Shown: positions 49,556 through 59,037, numbered from the stretch's first letter. The stretch is DNA of 64,000 bases from Patescibacteria group bacterium (GCA_038064575.1 JBBTST010000012.1:32-64031), one strand, 5' to 3'. Numbers and translations are program-made. Notes: generated by a model not told the origin, from the letters alone.

Positions 49556-49798
49556 CTACTCTCCGGAGTGCATAACCTCATTAAGCCTTGCAAGCATCTC
49601 GTCTATTTCTTCATCTGTCATACCATGAACTTTTGCTCCCATCTCTATGGTATCAAAGGAATTGGCAAAGCAGCCCACACAATGAAGCCCAAAATCTAGC
49701 AAAACCTCTGCAAGCTGTGGGTATTTGAATACAACCTCACCAAGATTATCTGTTTTAGATATTTTTGTTTCTGGTTTTTTTATAAGCTTATCAGACAT
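49556..49798 (-). CDS. DUF1858-like redox disulfide domain protein
   Basis: 80 aa with HCVGC and the KYPQLAEVLLDFG helix, typical of the small domain found next to hybrid-cluster/Fe-S proteins. Confidence 0.55.
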   Translation of the reverse strand: MSDKLIKKPETKISKTDNLGEVVFKYPQLAEVLLDFGLHCVGCFANSFDTIEMGAKVHGMTDEEIDEMLARLNEVMHSGE

Positions 49799-50198
49799 AA
49801 AAACCCTTTTCTTTTGGAGTACCTCGTGCTTCTATCTCTAGCATAAGTCTACTTAGCGCATTGAAACCAAGCGTTGCGCATTTGATCCTTGAAAGAGTAA
49901 GATTAGGATTTATTTGATCAAGTAAATCTTTTTTTTGGAGGCTTTTAATATCTTCTAGTTTTTTTCCTTTAACTTTGTCAAAAAAAATTGAGGCCGAGGC
50001 AATACTTATGGCACAGCCATGTGCGGTGAAAGATATGTCTTTTAGCACATCTTCCTCAACCAAAACATCAACCGTTATTTCATCTCCACACAAAGGATTA
50101 ACTTCGCTCACAGATCCGGACTTGTTTGTAAGCCTCCCCCAGTTTTGCGGATGTTTGTAGTGTTCCATTAACTCTTCTCTGTATAAAGTGTCTGTCAT
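49791..50198 (-). CDS. sufU: Fe-S cluster assembly scaffold SufU/IscU-like
   Basis: 135 aa with the three conserved Cys in NPLCGDE, HGCAIS and IKCATLG. Confidence 0.8.
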   Translation of the reverse strand: MTDTLYREELMEHYKHPQNWGRLTNKSGSVSEVNPLCGDEITVDVLVEEDVLKDISFTAHGCAISIASASIFFDKVKGKKLEDIKSLQKKDLLDQINPNLTLSRIKCATLGFNALSRLMLEIEARGTPKEKGFYV

Positions 50199-51418
50199 AA
50201 CAAAACTTTTCTTGCTTTTTCCATTCCTTTTAGCAAAATGTCTATATCATCTTTAGTGTTATAAATATGAAAGCTTACTCTTGCCGTAGCGGGAACTCCA
50301 AGCTTTTTGTGAAGGGGCATTGTACAGTGATGTCCGCTTCTTATGGCAACACCTTCCGTATCTAAGACAGAAGCAAGATCGTGAGGATGTATGTTTGATA
50401 CATTGAAAGCAATAACCCCTGTTCTCTTGCCGGATTCTTTAGGGCCATACACTATAACTTCTTTATCTTTTGCAAATTCTTCTGATAAATACTCCAAAAG
50501 TTCAAGCTCGTGTTTTCTTACATTTTCTATGCCTTGTTGGTTCAGATAAGAGCAAGCAGCTGCAAGACCTATTGCCCCCTCAACGTTTGGCGTGCCAGCC
50601 TCAAACTTAGAAGGCGAAAGGTCCCAGGTTGCTGTTTCTAAACCAACCTCCCTGATCATTCCTCCACCATACTGATAGGGAGCAAGGCTTTCTTGAAGTT
50701 CTTTTTTTATATACAAAACACCAATGCCCATAGGGCCTAGCATCTTGTGCCCTGAGAAAGCATAAAAATCACATCCCAAGCTTTGCACATCTACCTTGAT
50801 ATGTGGGACAGCCTGTGCACCATCTACCACAAGTAAAGCACCTCTCTCATGAGCCCACTTTGAAATTTCCTTAATATTTTGAATGGTGCCAAAAACGTTT
50901 GAGGCATGAGAGATGGCTATTAGCTTTATATTCTGCTCTTTGCACTCCTTTAACGAAACATCCACAAAACCCTCATTATCTATTTTCAAAACTTCAATTT
51001 TTGCTCCTGTTTTTTTGGCAGCAATTTGCCAGGGAACCAGATTACTGTGGTGTTCAAGTTCAGAAAATAGAATGGTATCAGCAATCTTCAGTTTCTCTTC
51101 TGCATAAGTTCGAGCAACAAAATTTAAGCTATCAGTTGTGCCCCTTGTAAAAATTATCTCTTCAGGATGGCGGGCGTTTATAAACTTTTGCAGTGTGACA
51201 CGAGCCTCCTCATACATCTTTGTAGCCTCTTCAGAAAGTGTATGAATACCTCTATGCACATTTGCATTATGCTGTCTGTAATACGTTTCTATAGCTTCTA
51301 GTACCCGTGTAGGCTTTTGTGTTGTAGCAGCGTTATCAAGATACACAAGCCTCTTTCCGTTAATCTTACGGGATAAAATAGGAAAGTCTTTAATTGTCTG
51401 TTCGGAAGTTAGCATCAC
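50195..51418 (-). CDS. sufS: cysteine desulfurase SufS
   Basis: 407 aa, class V aminotransferase, with the PLP-Lys region (FSGHKMLGPMGIGVLYIK) and the catalytic Cys in RSGHHCTMPL. Confidence 0.9.
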   Translation of the reverse strand: MMLTSEQTIKDFPILSRKINGKRLVYLDNAATTQKPTRVLEAIETYYRQHNANVHRGIHTLSEEATKMYEEARVTLQKFINARHPEEIIFTRGTTDSLNFVARTYAEEKLKIADTILFSELEHHSNLVPWQIAAKKTGAKIEVLKIDNEGFVDVSLKECKEQNIKLIAISHASNVFGTIQNIKEISKWAHERGALLVVDGAQAVPHIKVDVQSLGCDFYAFSGHKMLGPMGIGVLYIKKELQESLAPYQYGGGMIREVGLETATWDLSPSKFEAGTPNVEGAIGLAAACSYLNQQGIENVRKHELELLEYLSEEFAKDKEVIVYGPKESGKRTGVIAFNVSNIHPHDLASVLDTEGVAIRSGHHCTMPLHKKLGVPATARVSFHIYNTKDDIDILLKGMEKARKVLL

Positions 51419-51559
51419 GTAAGATTATACGTCTTTTTGGTAAAACTATTAAACTAACTGAAGTTTTCTAAAAACGAACAAGATGAACAACTATTGAGAA
51501 GACTGTTATTAAACACATCATTTTAATAGTCGCCTCCCCCGTGTTAAAATTGTGCTGTT

Positions 51560-51961
51560 ATGAAATCAAATTTAAATCATATTCAAATAAACATTGATTA
51601 TAAAAACATCAGTTTTTATAAAGATCTGCTCAAGGAATTAGGTTGGACTATTATTGTAGAGGCAGAAAACATTTTGGGGTTTGAAAGTGGTTCCACAGGC
51701 AGTTTATGGTTTCTTCCAAGAACAGCTGAAAATCAAAATAACTACAATAGTGTCGGTGTAAACCACATCGGCATTGGAACAGACTCGGTAGCAAGTGTAG
51801 ATAAAGCGGTTTACCATTTAAAAAACAAGGGTGTATCTTTGTTGTTTGATACACCACGACATCGCCCAGAATTCGGTTCTGACCAGACCACATATTATCA
51901 GGTTATGTTTGAATCTCCAGATAAAATTCTTTGGGAGATCATGTATAGCGGTAAGAAATAA
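51560..51961 (+). CDS. VOC (glyoxalase/bleomycin-resistance) family protein
   Basis: 133 aa with a paired beta-alpha-beta-beta-beta module and the VNHIGIG motif. Confidence 0.6.
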   Translation: MKSNLNHIQINIDYKNISFYKDLLKELGWTIIVEAENILGFESGSTGSLWFLPRTAENQNNYNSVGVNHIGIGTDSVASVDKAVYHLKNKGVSLLFDTPRHRPEFGSDQTTYYQVMFESPDKILWEIMYSGKK

Positions 51962-51971
51962 CCCCAATTAA

Positions 51972-52283
51972 TCAGCAAGGGATCAACAGATCTTCCCCAT
52001 CTACTCTAACCTCATATGTTTTAACAGCTTCTGTGGCGGGAAGAGCCTTAACTGCTCCGGTTTTAAGATCAAAACTGGCACCATGCAGAGGACATTCCAC
52101 ACAACAATCGTTTACCAACTGGCCCTCAGATAAAACACCTTCCTCATGGGTACAGATATTGCTAATTGCGTAAAAAGAACCATTAAGATTTGCAACTAAA
52201 AGCTTTTGGCCATTTACAACAAAAGTCTTCATTGAATTAGCTTTAATGTCCTTTTTGTTTGCTATTTTAATAAAATTAGACAT
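51972..52283 (-). CDS. Rieske [2Fe-2S] ferredoxin-type protein
   Basis: 103 aa with CTHEEG ... CPLHG (CxH...CxxH). Lies between sufD and sufS. Confidence 0.75.
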   Translation of the reverse strand: MSNFIKIANKKDIKANSMKTFVVNGQKLLVANLNGSFYAISNICTHEEGVLSEGQLVNDCCVECPLHGASFDLKTGAVKALPATEAVKTYEVRVDGEDLLIPC

Positions 52284-52287
52284 AAGC

Positions 52288-52860
52288 TTATGCTACTACA
52301 CTTATTTGGCTCTCTCTTATTTTAGCTAAAACCGGTTCTAAAAATCCTTTTACTATTAATTCTTCTGCTTGTTCTTTTGTTAATCCTCTGCTTGTAAGAT
52401 AAAAAACCTGTTCTTCTGAAATTCTGCCGGTTGTTGCACCGTGTGTGGCCTTTACGTTGTCGGCTTCAATTTCAAGCGTTGGCTCTGACTCGTTTCTTGC
52501 GTTCTTTCCCAAAATTAAAACGTCATCATCAAGGTATGAATTTGTTTGTTGTGCGTTCTTTTCAATTTTAATCATTCCCTTGAAACTTGAATATGAGGAG
52601 TCTTTCAGCACACCCCGAATTTGGGTTAGACATTTTGTGTTGGGAACTTTGTGAATTGCGTTAATAACAAGCTCCAATGTATTGTTGCCGTCAAGAATAT
52701 AAGCACCAAGAATTTCTACATCTGCCCCCTCTTTGGACAAAACAACATCAAGCTTTTTTGAAGAGTTTTTTTTTGGGAGCTCAAGTATGACTTGAGTTAA
52801 CCCTTCCGTTGAGATGGTAATTATTTCATGTTTTCCGTCTGCTTTGATTACCTTGCGCAT
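52288..52860 (-). CDS. sufD: SufD-like Fe-S assembly protein (short form)
   Basis: 190 aa. The C-terminal region matches SufB/SufD family motifs (VKATHGATTGRISEEQVFYLTSRGLTKEQAEELI), but a typical SufD is about 400 aa. Confidence 0.6.
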   Translation of the reverse strand: MRKVIKADGKHEIITISTEGLTQVILELPKKNSSKKLDVVLSKEGADVEILGAYILDGNNTLELVINAIHKVPNTKCLTQIRGVLKDSSYSSFKGMIKIEKNAQQTNSYLDDDVLILGKNARNESEPTLEIEADNVKATHGATTGRISEEQVFYLTSRGLTKEQAEELIVKGFLEPVLAKIRESQISVVA

Positions 52861-52877
52861 ATCAATTGTTTGGTTAG

Positions 52878-54329
52878 CTAACCAACGCTGCCTTCCATTT
52901 CAAGTTCAATAAGTTTATTGAGTTCGACTGCATATTCTAAAGGAAGTTCCTTAACTATTGGCTCAATAAAGCCTGAAACAACCAAATTCATAGCTTCTGC
53001 TTTGGATAAACCGCGAGACATTAGATAAAACAATTGTTCCTCCCCAACTTTGCTAACTGTTGCTTCATGTTCAATGTTTACATTTGATTCGTTGATTTTC
53101 ATTACAGGATACGTATCTGTTCTGGATGTTTCATCAAGCAAAAGGGCATCACATTCAACTCTAGACCTGGAGTTTTCACACCCTTTTTTAACTTCAACCA
53201 AACCTCTATACGAAGCTCTTCCTCCCCTGGCGCTAATGGATTTGGAGGTTATACGGGAAGATGTGTTTGGAGCCGCGTGAATTACTTTTCCTCCTGCATG
53301 CTGATGCTGTCCTTCAGCTGCATAGGCAATTGATAGAATTTCTCCCTTTGCTCCCGGACCAACAAGATAAACCGAAGGAAACTTAACGGTCAAGCGCGAT
53401 CCAATGTTTCCATCAACCCATTCCATAGTTGCGTTTTCATGTGCAACCGCTCTTTTGGTTACTAAGTTAAAAACATTTTTATACCAGTTCTGAATGGTAG
53501 TGTATCTAACCCTGGCTCCCTTTTTTACAATAATTTCAACAACAGCCGAATGTAAAGAACCGGAAGAAAACGAAGGGGCTGAACATCCCTCCACATAATG
53601 TACAAAACTATCCTCTTCCGCAATTATTAGCGTTCTTTCAAACTGTCCAGCATTTGCAGCGTTGATTCTAAAGTAGGCTTGTAAAGGTCTGTCAACTCTA
53701 ACGCCTTTGGGAATATATACAAAAGAACCCCCACTCCATACGGCACTATTTAAAGCTGCAAACTTGTTGTCCGCTGCAGGGACAATTGTTCCAAAATACT
53801 CTTTAAAGATTTCAGGAAATTTCTTTAGAGCCTCATCTGTTCCTAAGAAAACCACTCCCTGATCCTCAAGCTCTTTAATGAGAGACCCATACACAACCGT
53901 AGAATCATACTGAGACTTAACCCCACCTAAAAATTCACGCTCGGCTTGCGGAACACCTATTCTATCAAAAGTCTTTTTGATGCTATCAGGGACATCCGCC
54001 CAATTGTTCTCAACTTTATCAGTAGGCGTTAAATAATAATAAATTTCATCAAACTTGATAGCATTAATGTCTTTTTCAGAGGCCATCCACATTGGCATAT
54101 TTTTTTGCAAGAAAGTATCATAGGACCGCAAGCGGAAATTCCGCATAAACGTTGGTTCACCTTTCATTTCTGAAATTTGCGCAACAAGCTCTCTAGTCAA
54201 GCCTTTAGGAGCTTTAAATGAATAGTTAATATCATCATGAAACCCCAGTTTATAGGTATCATCAATCACATTTTGCTTCTTTGTATCTGAATAACTATGA
54301 GGGTTTTTAGTGTTAATTTCTTCTGACAT
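52878..54329 (-). CDS. sufB: Fe-S cluster assembly protein SufB
   Basis: 483 aa with the SufB family C-terminal beta-helix region and conserved motifs (HENATMEW, FYLMSRGL). Confidence 0.9.
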   Translation of the reverse strand: MSEEINTKNPHSYSDTKKQNVIDDTYKLGFHDDINYSFKAPKGLTRELVAQISEMKGEPTFMRNFRLRSYDTFLQKNMPMWMASEKDINAIKFDEIYYYLTPTDKVENNWADVPDSIKKTFDRIGVPQAEREFLGGVKSQYDSTVVYGSLIKELEDQGVVFLGTDEALKKFPEIFKEYFGTIVPAADNKFAALNSAVWSGGSFVYIPKGVRVDRPLQAYFRINAANAGQFERTLIIAEEDSFVHYVEGCSAPSFSSGSLHSAVVEIIVKKGARVRYTTIQNWYKNVFNLVTKRAVAHENATMEWVDGNIGSRLTVKFPSVYLVGPGAKGEILSIAYAAEGQHQHAGGKVIHAAPNTSSRITSKSISARGGRASYRGLVEVKKGCENSRSRVECDALLLDETSRTDTYPVMKINESNVNIEHEATVSKVGEEQLFYLMSRGLSKAEAMNLVVSGFIEPIVKELPLEYAVELNKLIELEMEGSVG

Positions 54330-54338
54330 ATTTTGGGG

Positions 54339-55082
54339 TTATTCTTCAAGACCTACATAACCATTTTTTTCTAACTCTTCTGCAAGTTCATGCCCACCTT
54401 CCCGAATTATTTTCCCATCCTTCATAACGTGTACAAAATCAGGGTTTATGTGAGAAAGGATTCTTGTGTAATGAGTAATTATTAAAATTGCCATATTGTT
54501 TTTGACATGCATGGCCTTAACCCCCTCCGACACTATTTTTAAAGCATCAATATCAAGCCCTGAGTCAGTTTCATCCAAAATTGCAAGCTTTGGTTCAAAA
54601 ACAAACATCTGCAAAATTTCCATTCGCTTTTTCTCTCCCCCTGAAAAACCTTCATTCAAATAACGACCTGCAAAAGCTTCATCCATTTTTAAGATCTCCA
54701 TTTTCTCCTTTAATATTTTTCTGAATTGAATTGGTGTAAATTCTTTTTCACCTTGAGCTTTTAGTTTATTGTTATAAACAAGCCTTAAAAAGTTTGAGAT
54801 TGTGACTCCTGTAATTTCACTTGGGTATTGGAAGGCTAAAAACAACCCTTCTTTTGCTCTATCAGTTGTATCAAGCTCTAACAAATTTTTACCATTAAAT
54901 AGCACCTGACCTGATGTTACTTCATATTTTGGGTGCCCCATAAGAGTCTGAGCAAGAGTTGATTTACCAGAACCATTTGGTCCCATGAGGGCGTGGATTT
55001 CCCCTTTGTTTACCACAAGACTTAGACCTTTGATTATTTCTTTGTCTTCTATACTTACATTTAAGTCTTTTATTTCAAGCAT
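54339..55082 (-). CDS. sufC: Fe-S cluster assembly ATPase SufC
   Basis: ATG at 55082 (MLEIKDLNV). It has the Walker A GPNGSGKST, the ABC signature and a Walker B. Length is about 247 aa. Confidence 0.9.
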   Translation of the reverse strand: MLEIKDLNVSIEDKEIIKGLSLVVNKGEIHALMGPNGSGKSTLAQTLMGHPKYEVTSGQVLFNGKNLLELDTTDRAKEGLFLAFQYPSEITGVTISNFLRLVYNNKLKAQGEKEFTPIQFRKILKEKMEILKMDEAFAGRYLNEGFSGGEKKRMEILQMFVFEPKLAILDETDSGLDIDALKIVSEGVKAMHVKNNMAILIITHYTRILSHINPDFVHVMKDGKIIREGGHELAEELEKNGYVGLEE

Positions 55083-55084
55083 AC

Positions 55085-55351
55085 TCACTTTAAAACGCAT
55101 TCAATGTTGTCATAGGGACATTTGCCTGAAATCTTGTAAAACACTTCTTTCCCGGATCTTTGAGACTGCACTAAACCGGCCCCTTCCATCTCTTTAAGGT
55201 GATATGAAACTGTTGGCTGCTTTAGCTTAACAATGCCAACAAGCTCAGTAACATTGGATTTAGTAGCCTTTCCAAGGTGTTCATAAATTTTCATTCTTGT
55301 AGGAACGCTTAAAATCCTAAAGCATTCAGAGCATGCGGATCTCAATGACAC
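55085..55351 (-). CDS. ArsR/SmtB-family transcriptional regulator (putative suf regulator)
   Basis: 88 aa wHTH with N- and C-terminal Cys clusters (CSEC; CPYDNIEC). Sits first in the suf gene string. Confidence 0.7.
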   Translation of the reverse strand: MSLRSACSECFRILSVPTRMKIYEHLGKATKSNVTELVGIVKLKQPTVSYHLKEMEGAGLVQSQRSGKEVFYKISGKCPYDNIECVLK

Positions 55352-55413
55352 GTATCGATATTAGTCTATATAAAGTTTTAAGTCAACTCAAATGTAAAAG
55401 CTTATAAACACAA

Positions 55414-55449
55414 AAGGAGCCCGTGCAATATATGCAAAACAGGCTCCTT
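55414..55449 (-). terminator. intrinsic terminator hairpin (8-bp stem AAGGAGCC/GGCTCCTT) followed by U-rich tract on the minus strand
   Basis: Perfect 8-bp inverted repeat; the minus strand then reads UUUGUGUUUAUAAG. A second 6-bp hairpin (ATCTGT/ACAGAT) lies at 55480-55498. Confidence 0.45.
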
Positions 55450-55507
55450 AAAAGGACTTGCTCAAATTAGCGCAAAGCAATCTGTATTAAAAACAGATCT
55501 TAAAGCG

Positions 55508-55870
55508 GCGCCAACAAGAGACCCAAAGACGCCTAAAAGGCATCGGCAAAGTCGGGAGAATCAAAATTGACTTCTCAGCCGGCATTGCCTATCTTTGGGA
55601 TTTATAGGTTGACTTAGCCTTTCTGGTAAAGGCTCTCGGTCAATCCTATTTGCCATCGCTACCGCAGTGTTCACGATGGACTTGAAACCCTTTTACCCGT
55701 TGAACTCCCCCTCTTTCCCTAGAATAGGAGAAGGAAGTTCTCCGGGCCAAGACCTACCAAATCTGGTACCAAGCCATTCCAATACAGTATCCACTTGCCT
55801 AGGATAGTGGACTTTTATTGGATGACCGAGAATAAAACCGGTGCGCGGGTCTACTCTCTTCTTTGGCAGG
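55508..55870 (-). ncRNA. rnpB: candidate RNase P RNA (rnpB), bacterial type
   Basis: GC-rich block of about 360 nt in an AT-rich genome, read on the minus strand. Its ends can pair as a P1 helix (CCAAAGAAGAGAGUAGACCC ... GGGUCUCUUGUUGG). It contains AAAGUCC (P4 5' strand-like) and a GGGUAAAAGGGU...GCGGUAGCG block like the conserved GGUAAGGGUGAAAGGGUGCGGUAAGAGCG. It also has CAAAUAGG (as in E. coli GCCAAAUAGGGG) and CCGGCU near the 3' end (P4 3' strand-like). Two terminator hairpins follow. The P4 pairing is imperfect. Confidence 0.45.
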
Positions 55871-55999
55871 TTGCCAAAAGATGGAGTCATTGTACTATAA
55901 CTTATAGTATTTGTCTAGTCTCAATTTCTGTAACATTGGAACCAAAAGCTATTTCACAGAGGGTGCCTAAAAGGCTATACTCTAAGCTGGCAAAATACT

Positions 56000-57163
56000 A
56001 TGAAACTTGCAGAATATGTAAAAAGGCACAAAAAGAGGACCGCAGTTTTACTGCTTATGGCAGCTGTAATCTCTTTACTTCTTTTAAAAAACGGGACCAA
56101 GGAAGCACCAGTAACCAGGTCAAAAGTAGAAAAAAGGACAATTATTAAATATGTGAGCGCCTCAGGGGAAACAGCAGTTACAGCACAGGCCACTTCCTAC
56201 TCACAATTAGCTGCAAATGTTTCAAAAATCTATTTCAAAAACGGAAGCAACGTGATGGAAGGAGACACCATCATGGAGTATGACAAATTCTCCCTCAAAG
56301 CCTCCCTTGATTCTGCTTGGTCGGATTACCTGAGTGCAAAAGCCACTCTGCAGACAAGCTTTGCAGACTATGAATATGCAAAAGCAAATGTGAAAGCCAA
56401 AAAAGAGATCAGAGATAATGCTATGGAGGAGTATATGGGAAATAAGAACAACACTAACAAAGAGGCTTTTAAAACCGCGGAAGCAAATTACCAGTCAGCT
56501 TTGGCAGATCAAAGAGAACTTAATAATAAAAAAGGCTTTTTTGAAAAAGAGGAACAGTCAAAATATTCCGACTTTTTGGCAGCCAGCAAAAACTATGCCA
56601 ACACCACTCTAAAAGCAAAAGTCTCGGGAACACTGATTCTTAATAACATAAATGAGGGGCAGCAAGTAACTAATGGACAAAAGCTTTTTTCCATTGCAAA
56701 TAAGGATACTCTTAGTTTTGTTTCAGAGGTAGATGAAACAGACATTGTGTATTTAAAGCCTGGACAGGAATGTGTGATAAAACTTGATAGTTATCAAGAT
56801 GAAGAAATCAAAGGCTCGATTTCTTTAGTTGAGGCAAAAACCATCACCACAGATGCAGGCTCAACCGCAGTTAAAGTAGAACTTGAAATTAGTAAGGATG
56901 ACATGGCTTTAATTGAAGGGTTAAATGGTGAGGCTAAAATAAAAGTGGCTACTAAAGAAAATGTGCTGACAATACCCTTTGAATACACGGAGGAGGATGA
57001 TAAAGGAACTTTTGTTTTTGTACAAAGCGGAAACAAAACCCAAAAAAAGCGTGTCAAAGTGGGTTTTGAAACTGAGGACTTTGTTGAAATTCCTGAGGGA
57101 TTAAGTGAAGGAGAGCAGGTTATTAGAGCGGAAAATCTAAAAGAAGGAGATAAAGTTAAGTAA
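56000..57163 (+). CDS. HlyD-family membrane fusion protein (MacA-like periplasmic adaptor)
   Basis: 387 aa with an N-terminal TM anchor, a long coiled coil, and barrel-sandwich/beta-barrel domains with HlyD family spacing. Confidence 0.75.
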   Translation: MKLAEYVKRHKKRTAVLLLMAAVISLLLLKNGTKEAPVTRSKVEKRTIIKYVSASGETAVTAQATSYSQLAANVSKIYFKNGSNVMEGDTIMEYDKFSLKASLDSAWSDYLSAKATLQTSFADYEYAKANVKAKKEIRDNAMEEYMGNKNNTNKEAFKTAEANYQSALADQRELNNKKGFFEKEEQSKYSDFLAASKNYANTTLKAKVSGTLILNNINEGQQVTNGQKLFSIANKDTLSFVSEVDETDIVYLKPGQECVIKLDSYQDEEIKGSISLVEAKTITTDAGSTAVKVELEISKDDMALIEGLNGEAKIKVATKENVLTIPFEYTEEDDKGTFVFVQSGNKTQKKRVKVGFETEDFVEIPEGLSEGEQVIRAENLKEGDKVK

Positions 57164-57187
57164 AATCTCAATTATTCCTAGACTCTT

Positions 57188-57859
57188 ATGTTAATTAAGC
57201 TTGACAACATTTCAAAAGTTTACAAAATGGATGGGGTTGAAATTAAAGCCATTGACTCAATTAGCCTTGAAATTCAAACAGGAGAGTTTATTGCACTAAT
57301 TGGCACTTCCGGCTCCGGAAAATCTACTCTAATGCATATTATAGGACTTTTGGATTCGCCAACAGACGGGTTGTATTTATTTGAAGGAAATGATGTCACC
57401 AAATTTAAAGATAAAAACCTTGCAAAAATAAGGAATGAAAAGATAGGATTTATTTTTCAGGCGTTTAATTTACTACCAAAAACATCAGCTTTTGAGAATG
57501 TTAAGCTTCCTTCCCTTTACAGCAACAATAAAACTCGTGTTGAAGAAAGGGCCATAGACCTGCTTACAAAGGTGGGGCTGTCAGACAGAGCAAATAATAA
57601 ACCTTCCCAATTATCAGGGGGACAACAGCAAAGAGTGGCAATTGCAAGGTCTTTGATGAATGAACCACAAATTATACTTGCAGACGAGCCAACCGGAAAT
57701 TTGGATACTAGATCAGGCAAAGAAATACTCGACCTTTTAGCAAATCTAAACAATGAGGGAAAAACAGTAATAATTGTCACTCATGATCAGGAAGTAGCAA
57801 ATACCGCAAAAAGAAAAATCAGAATAAGTGATGGTAAAATTGTAGAGGATACAAAATGA
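57188..57859 (+). CDS. ABC transporter ATP-binding protein (MacB/LolD-like)
   Basis: 223 aa with Walker A GTSGSGKST, Q-loop, signature LSGGQQQRVAIAR, Walker B ILADEPTGNLD and H-loop. Confidence 0.9.
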   Translation: MLIKLDNISKVYKMDGVEIKAIDSISLEIQTGEFIALIGTSGSGKSTLMHIIGLLDSPTDGLYLFEGNDVTKFKDKNLAKIRNEKIGFIFQAFNLLPKTSAFENVKLPSLYSNNKTRVEERAIDLLTKVGLSDRANNKPSQLSGGQQQRVAIARSLMNEPQIILADEPTGNLDTRSGKEILDLLANLNNEGKTVIIVTHDQEVANTAKRKIRISDGKIVEDTK

Positions 57860-59037
57860 ATTTTGCAGAGACTCTTAAAATCTCTATGCGGGCAATAAAA
57901 GTAAACAAGGCAAGATCCGCTTTAACCATGCTCGGCATAATAATAGGAGTTGCTTCCGTAATACTTCTAGTTTCTATTGTATCCGGACTTGGAAAAACCA
58001 TAAGAGAAGAACTAAATAGTTTTGGGGCTAATTTACTTGTTGTTTTTCCGGGTTCTCCGGAAGGTGGACGCGGACCGGGAGGTGTTGTGGCAAACAAAAT
58101 GGAGTTTAGATTTGAAAAGTTAATTTTAGAAAAAGTACCGGAGATTGAAAATGTGGTTGCTACCATACAAAGCGTGGGAACTTTGAGATACAAAAACAAA
58201 GACATTGCTGATAGTACTATTTATGGTGTGTCGGGAACATATTTCAAGGCTCTTAACATAAGCGTGATTGAAGGGCGCCCTTTCACAAAATCAGAATCCG
58301 CCAACGTTGTTGTAATTGGTAAAACTGTAAGAGATAAACTCTTTGCAAACTCAAACCCACTTGGCAAAGAATTAATCATAAAAGACAGACGGTTTAAAGT
58401 AATCGGCGTGCAAAAAGAGAGAGGGAGCATTTTTGGAAGAGATCAGGATAATGTTGCACTCCTGCCTTTAGCACCATCAAGATCACTACTTGGCCTAGAC
58501 AGACCAAACTGGTTTTTTATTAAGGTTGTGCCTGAAAGGGATATAAAACTTGCAAAAGAGGCAGTTAAAAAAGTGTTGCTTACTGAAATGAAAGAAGATG
58601 ACTTTACTGTATCAACACAGGAGGACACTCTTCAATTGGTTGGAAGAATTCTTGGGGTATTATCGCTAGGACTTGGTGGTATAGCAGCAATCTCAATGCT
58701 TGTGGGAGGGGTAGGAATTATGAATATAATGCTTGTTTCCGTTACGGAAAGAACCAGAGAAATAGGACTTAGAAAAGCCCTGGGAGCAAGAAGAAGAGAC
58801 ATTCTTCTGCAATTTTTGGTTGAAGCTATTGTCTTAAGTCTGCTTGGAGGTTTTGCTGGAGTAGTGATTGGAATAGGATCGTCATTTTTATTAGATAGAT
58901 TTATTGCTACAGAAGTTAATTATGTTTTTGTGGTTCTTTCTTTTGGAGTGTCTGCCATAATAGGTATAGTATTTGGAATTGCTCCTGCTATAAGAGCCAG
59001 CAAACTTTCACCCATAGAAGCTTTAAGGTATGAGTAG
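57856..59037 (+). CDS. ABC transporter permease, FtsX/MacB-like
   Basis: 393 aa with TM1, a large periplasmic domain and a C-terminal FtsX 3-TM bundle. Overlaps the ATPase stop by 4 nt. Confidence 0.85.
   Translation: MNFAETLKISMRAIKVNKARSALTMLGIIIGVASVILLVSIVSGLGKTIREELNSFGANLLVVFPGSPEGGRGPGGVVANKMEFRFEKLILEKVPEIENVVATIQSVGTLRYKNKDIADSTIYGVSGTYFKALNISVIEGRPFTKSESANVVVIGKTVRDKLFANSNPLGKELIIKDRRFKVIGVQKERGSIFGRDQDNVALLPLAPSRSLLGLDRPNWFFIKVVPERDIKLAKEAVKKVLLTEMKEDDFTVSTQEDTLQLVGRILGVLSLGLGGIAAISMLVGGVGIMNIMLVSVTERTREIGLRKALGARRRDILLQFLVEAIVLSLLGGFAGVVIGIGSSFLLDRFIATEVNYVFVVLSFGVSAIIGIVFGIAPAIRASKLSPIEALRYE

Noticed and set aside
55400-55900. tmRNA (ssrA) as an alternative identity for the GC-rich non-coding block
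   Set aside because: No tRNA-like T-arm inverted repeat (GGGGG TTCRANT CCCCC) or CCA-adjacent acceptor pairing was found on either strand, and no tag-peptide reading frame ending in a stop after ANDENYALAA-like codons.
55693-56148. ORFs 55693..55890(-) and 55795..56148(+) within the long intergenic region
   Set aside because: The region is GC-rich with RNase P-like motifs. The ORFs are Pro/Gly/Arg-rich as expected from translating structured RNA, and one overlaps the macA-like start.
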